Shown in pieces: positions 40,048 to 50,008 of a DNA stretch of 64,000 bases. Source of the DNA: Acidobacteriota bacterium (GTDB lineage Bacteria > Acidobacteriota > UBA6911 > RPQK01 > JADFOI01); NCBI GenBank assembly GCA_963663035.1, contig OY760074.1:3392001-3456000 (forward strand), in the 5' to 3' direction. Made by a program: the position numbers and the translations under genes. Every line of letters begins with the position of its first letter. Position 1 is the first letter of the stretch. Under the pieces are notes generated by a model. That model had not been told where the DNA came from. It ran no database searches and was given only the letters and a program-made list of their open reading frames with translations.

Positions 40048-41853
40048 ATGCCAGGAATAAAGGATCGGTGGTTTGTTTTACTCTTATCCATGAGTGCATT
40101 GCTGGTCTTGACGACAGGGCTGACCAGTTTGCAGGCAGCGACTCCTCTGGATGCGGATTGCAGTGACTATATTGGTCCCGAATTGATGGTTCATGGTAAG
40201 AGCGTCGGGCCCAAAACATGCAACATTGCTGAGGAGAAGAGTATTCAGAATGTCCAGGGTGTGCCATATCGTCGACTGGAAGTCGAGGTCAGTGGCAATA
40301 TCGCGGGTTACACGGCCAAAGCGGCTCCTCGCGTCGAGATGCTGACCGATGTCCCTGAGTTTACGGCTCAGAGGGGCAACCTGGGACCCTTTTTCCACGG
40401 CATCGGTGTCTATTACGCAGAGAAAGGGTCCGGAATGACGATCTTTATGCCGGAGTCCTCTGACGACTGGAATGGGAAGCTCTTTGTCCTGGTTCATGGC
40501 TCTGGTTCCTATGGTACCGTTGGCGATCTTGTTCCCAGAAAACCCGATCAATACAACCCCTTGATGGGAGACAACTCCTACGCCGGCCTGATGATTGACA
40601 AGGGTTATGCGGTCGCCTACACCAGCCGTCCTGCCGCGGGGGCGAGTTCTGCAGATGAGCAGGTGACTCTGGATGGTGGTGAGGTGACCCTGGATGGGAA
40701 AAGTTTTGGGTATCACTTGGGCATCATTCGAGACTGGACACAGATCGCTAAGAATCTCCTCGAATCCCAGCTCGGCCAAAAGCCTTCTCGAACCTACCTC
40801 TACGGTCATTCAGCTGGGGCAAGTATAGGACGTCTCTTTAATTATTCTCCTGGTAAGAATCTCGACGCCGATGGTGAGAAAGTCTTTGATGGAATGCTGT
40901 TGGACGATGCGGGTGGCGGATGGTATTGGCCAGTCCAGTACTTCGTGCGCACCGAAGACACCGGAGAGCAGTTTCTCCTGAAGCGAGACGATCGAGATCA
41001 CCTGCAATTTGATGAGGCCCACAAGAAGAACTTTGCTCTCCAGATTGACATTGCACACCAGGCCTATGCCGGCGCAGGATTTGTCATTGGGGAGTATCTT
41101 TCCGTCAAGCGAGAAAATGAGCGCCTTCTCCGCGAGAAGGGGTTGGGCGCACTGAGCAGAACTTACGAAATCGTCGGGGTTAGCCACGCTGATTCCGGAA
41201 GCATCTGGCCCCGCGAAACCTACACCCAAAATCTGGACTTGAGCGGACTCTATGACGCGGTGATTGATGTTCTGGATCAGTGGGTGGAAGAGGGTGTCGA
41301 GCCTGGCCCGAGCCGATCCGATGACTACCTTTTGGGTGACGTCGACGGAGACGGACAGCTCGAGAATGCAGCTGTGGCCCTGCCTGAGATCGCTTGTCCC
41401 ACGGGAGTGTATTATGAGTTTCCAGAGGGTGTCCGCAGTCCTGGTCGCACCGGCTTTGCAGCCTATCTGAGTACTCCCCAGCGTCCTCTCAATGCTGACA
41501 CCACAACGATTCCGGACGACTTTGACGAGAACTGGCTTGAGCCACTGGACAGCCGGGGATACCTTCTCGACATGAACAATAACCATGTCCGCGATACCCG
41601 GCCCAGTATCACCCAGGCTTGGCAAAGACGGGCCAGAGAGGGCAAAGAGTCTGGGACCCTGGGATTCGATGAAGCACTGACTCATCACCGCTACGTGAGC
41701 TGCGTCTCCAGGGTTGCCTCCCAGCTCTTTGAGCAAAAGCTGCTGGGCAGTAGCGCTGTACTGCATTACATCCAAACGGCCATGGATTCCGATATCGGAC
41801 GAGGGACTTCCGCTCAGGCAGGCGGTCTCGTTATTGGACATGACCCTCGTTGA
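40048..41853 (+). CDS. Exported alpha/beta-hydrolase-like protein (tannase-like N-region)
   Basis: Signal peptide; WNGKLFVLVHG, KGYAVAYT and TYLYGHSAG nucleophile elbow; FDG and VSH motifs. Confidence 0.75.
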   Translation: MPGIKDRWFVLLLSMSALLVLTTGLTSLQAATPLDADCSDYIGPELMVHGKSVGPKTCNIAEEKSIQNVQGVPYRRLEVEVSGNIAGYTAKAAPRVEMLTDVPEFTAQRGNLGPFFHGIGVYYAEKGSGMTIFMPESSDDWNGKLFVLVHGSGSYGTVGDLVPRKPDQYNPLMGDNSYAGLMIDKGYAVAYTSRPAAGASSADEQVTLDGGEVTLDGKSFGYHLGIIRDWTQIAKNLLESQLGQKPSRTYLYGHSAGASIGRLFNYSPGKNLDADGEKVFDGMLLDDAGGGWYWPVQYFVRTEDTGEQFLLKRDDRDHLQFDEAHKKNFALQIDIAHQAYAGAGFVIGEYLSVKRENERLLREKGLGALSRTYEIVGVSHADSGSIWPRETYTQNLDLSGLYDAVIDVLDQWVEEGVEPGPSRSDDYLLGDVDGDGQLENAAVALPEIACPTGVYYEFPEGVRSPGRTGFAAYLSTPQRPLNADTTTIPDDFDENWLEPLDSRGYLLDMNNNHVRDTRPSITQAWQRRAREGKESGTLGFDEALTHHRYVSCVSRVASQLFEQKLLGSSAVLHYIQTAMDSDIGRGTSAQAGGLVIGHDPR

Positions 41854-41875
41854 GACATGAAGGGAAAGTAACAGT

Positions 41876-42445
41876 ATGAAAAAGATCGTGATGGCCCTGT
41901 CACTACTAGGGCTGATGGTAGTTGTTCTCTTCTCACAGGGCCAGCCTGGCGTTAGTCTGGATCTGGGTGTGGTCATAGACTCCTTTTTCCCGGGTGATCA
42001 GGTGGGGCTACCCGTTACTCTGGTCAGCCGAAACGACGCTCAGGTTGGAGATGTCACCCTGGAGGTAGCCTTTCCGTCAAAGGTGATTTCTCTGGTTGAG
42101 GTGACCCTGGGTAGTGGGGCCACAGCGGCGGGAGCCGAGGTGAAAACAGAGGTCGTCGATGCTCCCGAAGAGGCCGCTGCCGAAGCGGAAGGGGAGGAGT
42201 CTGTGGATCTGGAACGAAAGATCCTGAGCGTGAATATCTCCGCATCCACTGCGCTGCCTGATGGTCTGTTGGCCACGCTTACCTTTGAGGTGACCGATGA
42301 GATATCAATTAACCACGAGATTCACATGGAAAATGTGAGTCAAACGGCTCTGTCCCTGGATGGACAGGAGGTACGAGCTCGCGGCATAGATGGCACCATA
42401 ACATCGATTGAGTTTATTCCTGCCTGTCTTTTCTATATGCATTGA
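41876..42445 (+). CDS. Small exported cohesin-like protein with IPACLFYMH C-terminal tail
   Basis: Signal peptide; PGDQVGLPV...LEVAF...GLLATLTFEV pattern; 11 bp upstream of an amidohydrolase ATG. Confidence 0.82.
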   Translation: MKKIVMALSLLGLMVVVLFSQGQPGVSLDLGVVIDSFFPGDQVGLPVTLVSRNDAQVGDVTLEVAFPSKVISLVEVTLGSGATAAGAEVKTEVVDAPEEAAAEAEGEESVDLERKILSVNISASTALPDGLLATLTFEVTDEISINHEIHMENVSQTALSLDGQEVRARGIDGTITSIEFIPACLFYMH

Positions 42446-42456
42446 GGAGATATCCA

Positions 42457-44184
42457 ATGAAGAGAAGTACTTGGTCTAATGGTTTGGCCCTGTTGGTCCT
42501 GGCACTTTTCTGCCTGGGCATGGGCTCCGCTTGGGCTCAGAGCCCGGCAAACTTACCCGCAGAGGTCGTTGCCTATGCGGATCTGGTTTTCCATAACGGC
42601 CAGATTCTGACCGGCGATGAGAGCTTTACGATTGTGGAAGCGGTGGCTATCCGGGACGGGAAGTTTCTGGCCCGTGGGAACAACGACAGAATCTTGTCCA
42701 TGGCCGGTCCCAGCACCCGCAGAATCGACCTGGAAGGGCAAAGTGTGGTCCCCGGCTTTATTGACACCCACTTGCATTCCGCTTTTGTCGGAAATATCGC
42801 AAAGCGTGGAACGGAGGGGAGGCTCGCATTCGAAGATGTGGCCAGTGGCTTGCAAGAGCTCCGAGAACTGGTGGCCAAGTATCCTGCCGGAAAAGACCTT
42901 TATCTGTCCGGTCCGAGCAACAGAGCCCTGCTGCTGGAAGTGACGCTGGCCCAACTGGATGCGGCGGCGCCCCGGAATGCTATCTCGATTAGCTGCCAGA
43001 ATAATCAGAACATAGTCAACAGCCTGATGTTGAAAAGGATTCCACCCGAGACCCCGGGTATCTTGAAAGACGAAAACGGTAACCCGACGGGTCAGATTCG
43101 GGGTGGGGCAGCCGGGATGGTGAAGTACGATTTCATGCCCTGGCCAGACGTGGAAGGGCTGGTCGAGCAGCAGAAGGTTGAGTTAGACCGGTATTTGGCC
43201 CAGGGACTGACCACGATCGAAGGGCGGGGTCAGGGTCTGACTATTACTATTTTCCGCGACCTGTGGAAACGTGGAGAACTGAAGCCGCGTATTCGGCTTG
43301 CTCATGAGTTCCTCCGGGAAAATGGGAGCCCGGAGGCCTACTTGAAGAGATTGGGCAACCTGACCGATTTTGGCGACGACATGCTCAGGTTCTTCGGGGC
43401 CACGGTCCAGGTGGTGGACGGCGCGGGTGGAGCAAACACAGCCGACTTTCCCAAGATCAACGTAGCTGAGAGCAGTCCTTACGACCGATACGGGCAAAAC
43501 AAGTGGGAAGAGACCGGAGATGTGGCCACCAGTGACCGCAGAAACATTATTCTGGCCAACCGCTACGGATGGACCATCACCTCCATGCACAGCGGGGGGG
43601 ACCACAGCAATGACCTGCTTCTGGAGGTCTATGAAGAAGCCCATCGGGAAAATCCCCTGACGGGCCGCCATTTTGGAATCGACCACGGAGCCATGATTCG
43701 GCCCCGACAATTGAGTCTGATGAAGGAGATGGATGTGATCCCCAGTGTCTACACGTTTCCCATCAGCCGATCCGAAGGGTACCTGGAGAGCTATGGAGCC
43801 GATGCGCTGCACCAGATGATGCCGGTCAAGAGCTTGATCGAAGCAGGTATTTACCCGGCGGCCGAGGCTGACACCCGGCCTCCCAATTCAGCACCCCTTT
43901 TCCAGATGAAAAACTTCATCACCCGCAAGGATGAAAGTGGGCGGGTGTGGAATCCGGATGAGAAGTTGAGTCGGAGGGAGGCCTTGTCTATGTATGGACT
44001 GTGGGCCGCCCGTTATACCGGGGAGGAAGACATTCTCGGTTCCATTGAAACCGGGAAGCTGGGTGACCTGGTGGTGTTGGGCGGAGATTTCATGACCTTT
44101 CCCGAAGATGAGCTGGACAAGCTTCGGGTGCTGATGACCGTCGTGGGCGGAAAAGTCGTTTACGAGGCGTCAGGAGCCTTCTAA
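42457..44184 (+). CDS. Exported YtcJ-like amidohydrolase, type A
   Basis: DTHLH, MHSGGD, IDHG and AEAD motifs; ends ASGAF. Confidence 0.93.
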   Translation: MKRSTWSNGLALLVLALFCLGMGSAWAQSPANLPAEVVAYADLVFHNGQILTGDESFTIVEAVAIRDGKFLARGNNDRILSMAGPSTRRIDLEGQSVVPGFIDTHLHSAFVGNIAKRGTEGRLAFEDVASGLQELRELVAKYPAGKDLYLSGPSNRALLLEVTLAQLDAAAPRNAISISCQNNQNIVNSLMLKRIPPETPGILKDENGNPTGQIRGGAAGMVKYDFMPWPDVEGLVEQQKVELDRYLAQGLTTIEGRGQGLTITIFRDLWKRGELKPRIRLAHEFLRENGSPEAYLKRLGNLTDFGDDMLRFFGATVQVVDGAGGANTADFPKINVAESSPYDRYGQNKWEETGDVATSDRRNIILANRYGWTITSMHSGGDHSNDLLLEVYEEAHRENPLTGRHFGIDHGAMIRPRQLSLMKEMDVIPSVYTFPISRSEGYLESYGADALHQMMPVKSLIEAGIYPAAEADTRPPNSAPLFQMKNFITRKDESGRVWNPDEKLSRREALSMYGLWAARYTGEEDILGSIETGKLGDLVVLGGDFMTFPEDELDKLRVLMTVVGGKVVYEASGAF

Positions 44185-44216
44185 TCCGGATTATGCCTAG
44201 AAAGGAAAGGATGACT

Positions 44217-45947
44217 ATGAATACCCCTAATTTCAGCTCCGTGAGTCGTGTCTTCTTCTTGTTGCTATTTTGCTTGGCGGGTTTCACTGCGGCTTGGGCT
44301 CAGAGCCCGGCAAACTTACCGGCAGAGGTCGTTGCCTATGCGGATCTGGTTTTCCATAACGGCCAGATTCTGACCGGCGATGAGAGCTTTACGATTGTGG
44401 AAGCGGTGGCTATCCGGGACGGGAAGTTTTTGGCCCGTGGGAACAACGACAGGATTTTGTCCATGGCCGGTCCCGACACCCGCAGAATCGACCTGGAAGG
44501 GCAAAGTGTGGTCCCCGGCTTTATTGATACCCACTTGCATTCCGCTTTTCTGGGAAATATCGCCAAACGTGGGACCGATGGCCGGGTTGAATTCGAAGAT
44601 GTGACCAGCGGCCTGGAAGAGCTGCGAGAACTGGTTTCGCAGTATCCAGCCGGGAAACAGCTTTATCTGGCCGGGCCGAGCAACAGAGCCCTGCTGCTGG
44701 AAGTGACGCTGGCCCAACTGGATGCGGCCGCGCCCAACAATCCCATCTCGATTAGCTGTCCCAACAATCAAAACGTGGTCAACAGCCTGCTGTTGGCAAG
44801 GATTCCAGCTGACACGCCAGGTATCTTGAAAGACGAAAACGGTAACCCGACCGGTCAACTTCGGGGTGGAGCAGCGGGTATCGTGAAGTATGAGATGATG
44901 CCCTGGCCGGATGTGGACGAGATGGTGGAGGCCCAGAAACTCGAGTTAGAGCGGTATGTGGTGCAGGGACTGACCACCATTGAAGGTCGAGGTCAGGGTC
45001 TGACCATCAGCGTTTTCCGAGACCTGAGGACGCGTGGTGAACTGGTGCCCCGGATTCGGCTTTCCTTTGAGTTTCTACGGGAAAATGGGAGCCCGGAGGC
45101 CTATTTGAAGAGACTGGGCAACCTGACGGATTTTGGCGACAACATGCTCAAATTCTTCGGGGCCACGGTTCAGGTGGTGGATGGATCAGGCGGTGCGAAC
45201 ACTGCTGACTTTCCCAAAATCAGAGTCGCGGAGAGCTCACCTTACGACCGATTTGGGCAAAACAAATGGGAAGAAACGGGTGACGTCGCCACCAGCGACC
45301 GCAGAAACATCCTGCTGGCCAACCGCTACGGCTGGACCATCACCTCCATGCACAGCCAGGGCGACCAAAGCAATGACGAGCTCCTGAAAGTGTACCAGGA
45401 AGCCCATCAGGAGAACCCCCTGAATGGTCGCCATTTTGCCATCGATCACGGGGACATGTGGCGTCCCCGCCACCTGGCCTTGCTCAAGGAAATGGAAGTG
45501 ATTCCCAGTGTTTTCACATTTCCCATCAGCCGCTCTGAAGGCTACCTGGAAACCTATGGGGCCGATGCCCTGCATCAGATGCTGCCGGTCAAAAGCCTGA
45601 TCGAAGCAGGTATCTACCCGGCTGCCGAGGCTGACACCCGGCCTCCCAATTCAGCACCCCTCTACCAGATGAAGAACTTTATTACCCGCAAGGATCCCAA
45701 TGGACGGGTGTGGAATCCGGACGAAAAGCTGTCTCGTCAGCAGGCCCTGCACATGTATGGACTGTGGGCTGCTCGCTACACCGGGGAAGAAGACATTCTC
45801 GGTTCCATTGAAAACGGGAAGCTGGCCGACCTGGTGGTACTGGGCGGAGACTTCCTGACGTTTCCCGAAGATGAGTTGGACAAGCTTCGAGTGCTGATGA
45901 CTGTCATTGACGGGAAAGTTGCCTACGAGGCGCCCGGCGCCTTCTAG
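44217..45947 (+). CDS. Exported YtcJ-like amidohydrolase, type A (close tandem paralog of the previous gene)
   Basis: DTHLH, MHSQGD, IDHG and AEAD motifs; ends APGAF. Confidence 0.93.
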   Translation: MNTPNFSSVSRVFFLLLFCLAGFTAAWAQSPANLPAEVVAYADLVFHNGQILTGDESFTIVEAVAIRDGKFLARGNNDRILSMAGPDTRRIDLEGQSVVPGFIDTHLHSAFLGNIAKRGTDGRVEFEDVTSGLEELRELVSQYPAGKQLYLAGPSNRALLLEVTLAQLDAAAPNNPISISCPNNQNVVNSLLLARIPADTPGILKDENGNPTGQLRGGAAGIVKYEMMPWPDVDEMVEAQKLELERYVVQGLTTIEGRGQGLTISVFRDLRTRGELVPRIRLSFEFLRENGSPEAYLKRLGNLTDFGDNMLKFFGATVQVVDGSGGANTADFPKIRVAESSPYDRFGQNKWEETGDVATSDRRNILLANRYGWTITSMHSQGDQSNDELLKVYQEAHQENPLNGRHFAIDHGDMWRPRHLALLKEMEVIPSVFTFPISRSEGYLETYGADALHQMLPVKSLIEAGIYPAAEADTRPPNSAPLYQMKNFITRKDPNGRVWNPDEKLSRQQALHMYGLWAARYTGEEDILGSIENGKLADLVVLGGDFLTFPEDELDKLRVLMTVIDGKVAYEAPGAF

Positions 45948-45972
45948 GGCTTAGACAAGCCACAGAGATATC

Positions 45973-46016
45973 AAGGACGGGCTGCTCTGGAGGAGAGGTC
46001 CGTCCTGTGTTTTTTG
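45973..46016 (+). terminator. Possible intragenic-spacer terminator/attenuator hairpin
   Basis: AGGACGG...CCGTCCT followed by a T-rich tract. Confidence 0.4.
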
Positions 46017-46044
46017 GGGCAAAAAGAGAGAGGAAAGGATGATC

Positions 46045-47796
46045 ATGCATAAGTCCCATTTCAGCTCTGCGAGTCGCGTTTTCTTCTTCTTGTTGCTGTT
46101 TGGCTGGTCGGCCCTGACTGCGGGTTGGGCACAGAGTCCGGCTAACTTACCGGCCGAGGTCATTGCCTATGCAGATATGGTGTTTTATAACGGCAAGGTT
46201 CTGACCGCCGATGAGAGCTTCACGGTTGTGGAAGCGGTAGCTGTGCGGGACGGGAAATTTCTGGCCCGTGGAAACAACGACAGGATTTTGGCCATGGCCG
46301 GTCCCGGCACCCGCAGAATCGACCTGGACGGGCGCAGCCTGGTCCCTGGCTTTATCGACACCCACCAGCACTCCTCTTTTGTGAACAGCCCGCCTTTCGG
46401 AGAGAGTAGTGAGCCTCCTGTCCAGATCAACTATGACACGCTGGAAAGCGCTTTGGAGGGACTGTTGGCAAGGGTTCAACAGGCCCAGCCCGGAGAATTC
46501 ATTGCGCTGGGTGCAACCAGTAACAGGGTTGTCACGGAAGAGTTAAACGCTGCTCTTCTGGATCAGGTTGCTCCCCAAAATCCTCTCTACATCAGAGGCC
46601 TCAATAACCAGGTCGTGGCCAACAGCCTGATCATGAAGGAAATTCCACCAGATACTCCGGGCGTTCTGAAAGACGACAAGGGGCTACCCACCGGTCAGCT
46701 CAGAGGCGGTGCAGGCGGGATTGTCGTCTACGAGCTAAGACCATGGCCCGCTGTGGAGGCTTTGTTGGAGCCTCAGAAGCTCAGATTTCTCCGACACAAT
46801 GAGCAGGGATTGACCACTATCATGGGACGTGCCAACGGCCTGTCGATCTCGGTCTTCCGTGACCTGGTGCTGCGGGACGAGTTGACGCTGAGAGTTCGTG
46901 TGGCCCATGAGTTTCTGCGTCAAAATTCATCCCCTGAAGCCTATTTGAAAAGACTGGGTAATCTGACCGATTTTGGAAACGACATGTTCAAAATCATCGC
47001 GGCCACCGTCCAGGTGGTGGATGGCGCCTCCTTGACCGGCTCAGCTCGGACCTCCAAGGCGAAGCTGACTCCTCCCTCAGGAGATCCCTATGGCCCCTTT
47101 GGTCAAAACAAATGGGAAGAAACAGGGGATTTGGCCACCAGCGACCGCAGGAACATCATCCTGGGCAATCGTTACGGCTGGTCCATATCGGGCTTACACA
47201 GCAGCGGCGACATGAGCAACACCATATTGCTGGAAGTCTTTGAAGAGGCCCACAGAGAAAGATCTCTGGTAGGCCGGCACTTTGGAATCGATCACGGCTT
47301 GATGTGGAAACCGGAGCATTTCGATCTGCTCAAGGAGATGGATATCGTTCCCAGTATTTTTTCCAAAGCGCTTTACGACAATGATGCGTTGGTATCCATC
47401 TACGGAATGGATGAGGTGTATACCATGCAGCCGGTCAAGTCCCTGATCGAAGCTGGGATCCGCCCAGCCGCAGAAGCTGACGCTTTTGATTCTCGCACCC
47501 AGGCGGCCCTGTTCAATATGCAGAAGTGGATCACCAGGCTGGACGACCAAGGTCGCCTGGTGAATCCGGACGAGAAGATCGATCGCCGCGAAGCCCTCTA
47601 CATGTATACCCTTTGGGCCGCTCGTTACAGCGGAGAGCAGGATCTTCTGGGTTCCATTGAGCCCGGCAAGTTGGCCGATCTCGTGGTGCTGGGAGGGGAC
47701 TTTATGACCTTCCCCGAAAACGATCTGGACAAACTTCGGGTGTTGATGACCGTGGTGGGAGGCCGGGTGGTCCACGAAGCCTCGGGAGCTTTTTGA
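46045..47796 (+). CDS. Exported YtcJ-like amidohydrolase, type A
   Basis: DTHQH, GLHSSGD, IDHG and AEAD motifs; ends ASGAF. Confidence 0.93.
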   Translation: MHKSHFSSASRVFFFLLLFGWSALTAGWAQSPANLPAEVIAYADMVFYNGKVLTADESFTVVEAVAVRDGKFLARGNNDRILAMAGPGTRRIDLDGRSLVPGFIDTHQHSSFVNSPPFGESSEPPVQINYDTLESALEGLLARVQQAQPGEFIALGATSNRVVTEELNAALLDQVAPQNPLYIRGLNNQVVANSLIMKEIPPDTPGVLKDDKGLPTGQLRGGAGGIVVYELRPWPAVEALLEPQKLRFLRHNEQGLTTIMGRANGLSISVFRDLVLRDELTLRVRVAHEFLRQNSSPEAYLKRLGNLTDFGNDMFKIIAATVQVVDGASLTGSARTSKAKLTPPSGDPYGPFGQNKWEETGDLATSDRRNIILGNRYGWSISGLHSSGDMSNTILLEVFEEAHRERSLVGRHFGIDHGLMWKPEHFDLLKEMDIVPSIFSKALYDNDALVSIYGMDEVYTMQPVKSLIEAGIRPAAEADAFDSRTQAALFNMQKWITRLDDQGRLVNPDEKIDRREALYMYTLWAARYSGEQDLLGSIEPGKLADLVVLGGDFMTFPENDLDKLRVLMTVVGGRVVHEASGAF

Positions 47797-47845
47797 GATT
47801 TGCCGAGAGGCCAACCCGCGCTATGTCTTGAAGACCGTGAGTTGG

Positions 47846-50008
47846 ATGAGAATATATCTCCTGTCGGGTTTGATTGTACTGGCTCTCTGTCCGGGATTGT
47901 GGCCTGGAGCGCTGGGAGCTGATCGCATTCTGCAAGCCCGCTGGACGGAGGAAACCATCGTTCTGGATGGAGTTCTCAACGAACCTCCCTGGCTTTTGGC
48001 CCAACCGGCCTCGGATTTCATCCAGGCTGGACCCAGACAAGGAGAACCCTCAAGTCAACGGACAGAGGTCCGCGTGCTTTTTGATTCGGGCAATCTCTAT
48101 TTCGGTGTCACCTGTTTTGACAGCGACCCGGAAGGGATCGTCGCCAACAGCCTCAGGCGCGATTTTGCTCCTGGAAATGAGGACACATTTGAGATCTTGC
48201 TGGATACTTTCGCCAGCTCCCGCGACGGCTTTCTGTTTGTGACCAACCCCAACGGCGCCAAGAGGGATGTCCAGGTGAACAATGAGGGGAGGGGATCCAA
48301 CGTCAGCTGGGACGCCATCTGGGAAGTCAAGACGCACATCGATGAGACCGGGTGGACCGCTGAGATTCTGATCCCCATCAAAACGCTTCGTTACGGGAGT
48401 TCCCCTCAGGGTTCCTGGAAGGTCAACTTTGGGAGGCAAATTCGCCGCAACAACGAAATCACCTACTGGTCTGAGATTCCCCGCCGCTACAACATCACTC
48501 GAGTCAGTCTGGCTGGAGAACTGGCCGGGGTGAACCAGAACGAAATCCATCCCGGCCGGAACTTCTTTGTCACTCCGTATCTCGCCACGAACCTCTCTGA
48601 GCGCGACTCCGAAACAAGTTCCGACCTTGATGTTGGCCTGGGCCTCAAGTATGGAGTGACATCCGGTCTCACCCTGGATGCGACCTACAACACCGATTTC
48701 TCACACGTGGAAGTCGATCAGCAACAGGTCAACCTGGAGCGGTTTCGCCTCTCTTTCCCGGAGAAAAGGGACTTCTTTTTGGAGAACGAGGGGATCTTTG
48801 CAATAGGAAGCATTCTGAGACGAGGCGGGACACCGAATGAGGAGGACCCCAGCATCTTTTACAGCCGCACCATCGGCCTGTCGGAGGCGAGGCAGCCGAT
48901 TCCGATTATGGGGGGAGCCCGGCTTACCGGCAGGGCAGGCGCCTATGAGCTTGGATTGATGAGCATCCAGACGGAGGAGGAGGCGGCGGCAGGCGTGGGA
49001 GAGGAAAATTCCTCGGTCCTGCGGATAAAACGGGATATCCTCGCTCGCTCCTGGCTGGGCGGTTTTTTTCTCAATCGCCAGGGCCCCGATCGCGTCACCA
49101 ATCGAACCTATGGTATTGACAGTCTCTATCGACCGCGCACCGATCTGACCTTTAACTCCCTTTTTGCTCAGACCGACACTCCCGGGGCCCAGGGGGATGA
49201 CTGGGTCCTGCGGGTGGAAGGTCAATATAGCCCACGTTGGCTCGCGCTGAGTCTAATCCACGCCGACATCCAGCCGGAATATCGAAATGATCTGGGCTTT
49301 CATACACGGGAGGGTGTCCGTGTTGAACGTATTACCATTCACCCGCGCATTCGTCCCTGGGAAGGCCGGGCGATCCGCGAGATCCAGCCCATACTCAACA
49401 CGCGCTACATTACCGACCCGGACAACCGGCTCCTGACGCGCAAACACAGCTTTGGAGTTGATTTCTTTTTCCAAAACGGTGCTTTTCTGCGTTTACGAAG
49501 GCGCACTTTTTTTGAGCGGTTGGATCAGGGCTTCGACATTCGAACCGGTATCCTCGTCCCCTCTGGTGACCACGAGTATGAGGAACAGGGGCTTGAGTTT
49601 AATACCGACCGCAGTCGGATCCTCTCGGGAAATGTCAACTTCTATGACGGGGAGTTTTGGGATGGAGAAAAGACGAGTCTTCGGGTAGGAGGCCAATTTC
49701 GGCCCAATGGTCATCTCAGCGCCTCATTCAACTTTTCTCGCGATGATGTCACTTTGCCGGGGGGGGCGTTCCTGTCCCATCTGCTGAGTTTCCGCCTCAG
49801 ATATGCTTTCAATACCCAGACATTTCTGGATACCTTTATTCAGTACAACAGTGAGAGAAACAAGATCACCTCCAATGTGCGTTTCAATTTGATCCACCAC
49901 TCTCTGAGTGATCTTTTCGTGGTCTATACCGAGGAGAATCCCACCATCGCCCAGGAGAGCACGGATCGGGTCATCTCCGTCAAGTACACTCATCTATTGG
50001 GTTTTTAA
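47846..50008 (+). CDS. DUF5916-type outer-membrane protein
   Basis: Signal peptide; NTDFSHVEVD and FPEKRDFFLE motifs; terminal Phe. Confidence 0.9.
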   Translation: MRIYLLSGLIVLALCPGLWPGALGADRILQARWTEETIVLDGVLNEPPWLLAQPASDFIQAGPRQGEPSSQRTEVRVLFDSGNLYFGVTCFDSDPEGIVANSLRRDFAPGNEDTFEILLDTFASSRDGFLFVTNPNGAKRDVQVNNEGRGSNVSWDAIWEVKTHIDETGWTAEILIPIKTLRYGSSPQGSWKVNFGRQIRRNNEITYWSEIPRRYNITRVSLAGELAGVNQNEIHPGRNFFVTPYLATNLSERDSETSSDLDVGLGLKYGVTSGLTLDATYNTDFSHVEVDQQQVNLERFRLSFPEKRDFFLENEGIFAIGSILRRGGTPNEEDPSIFYSRTIGLSEARQPIPIMGGARLTGRAGAYELGLMSIQTEEEAAAGVGEENSSVLRIKRDILARSWLGGFFLNRQGPDRVTNRTYGIDSLYRPRTDLTFNSLFAQTDTPGAQGDDWVLRVEGQYSPRWLALSLIHADIQPEYRNDLGFHTREGVRVERITIHPRIRPWEGRAIREIQPILNTRYITDPDNRLLTRKHSFGVDFFFQNGAFLRLRRRTFFERLDQGFDIRTGILVPSGDHEYEEQGLEFNTDRSRILSGNVNFYDGEFWDGEKTSLRVGGQFRPNGHLSASFNFSRDDVTLPGGAFLSHLLSFRLRYAFNTQTFLDTFIQYNSERNKITSNVRFNLIHHSLSDLFVVYTEENPTIAQESTDRVISVKYTHLLGF

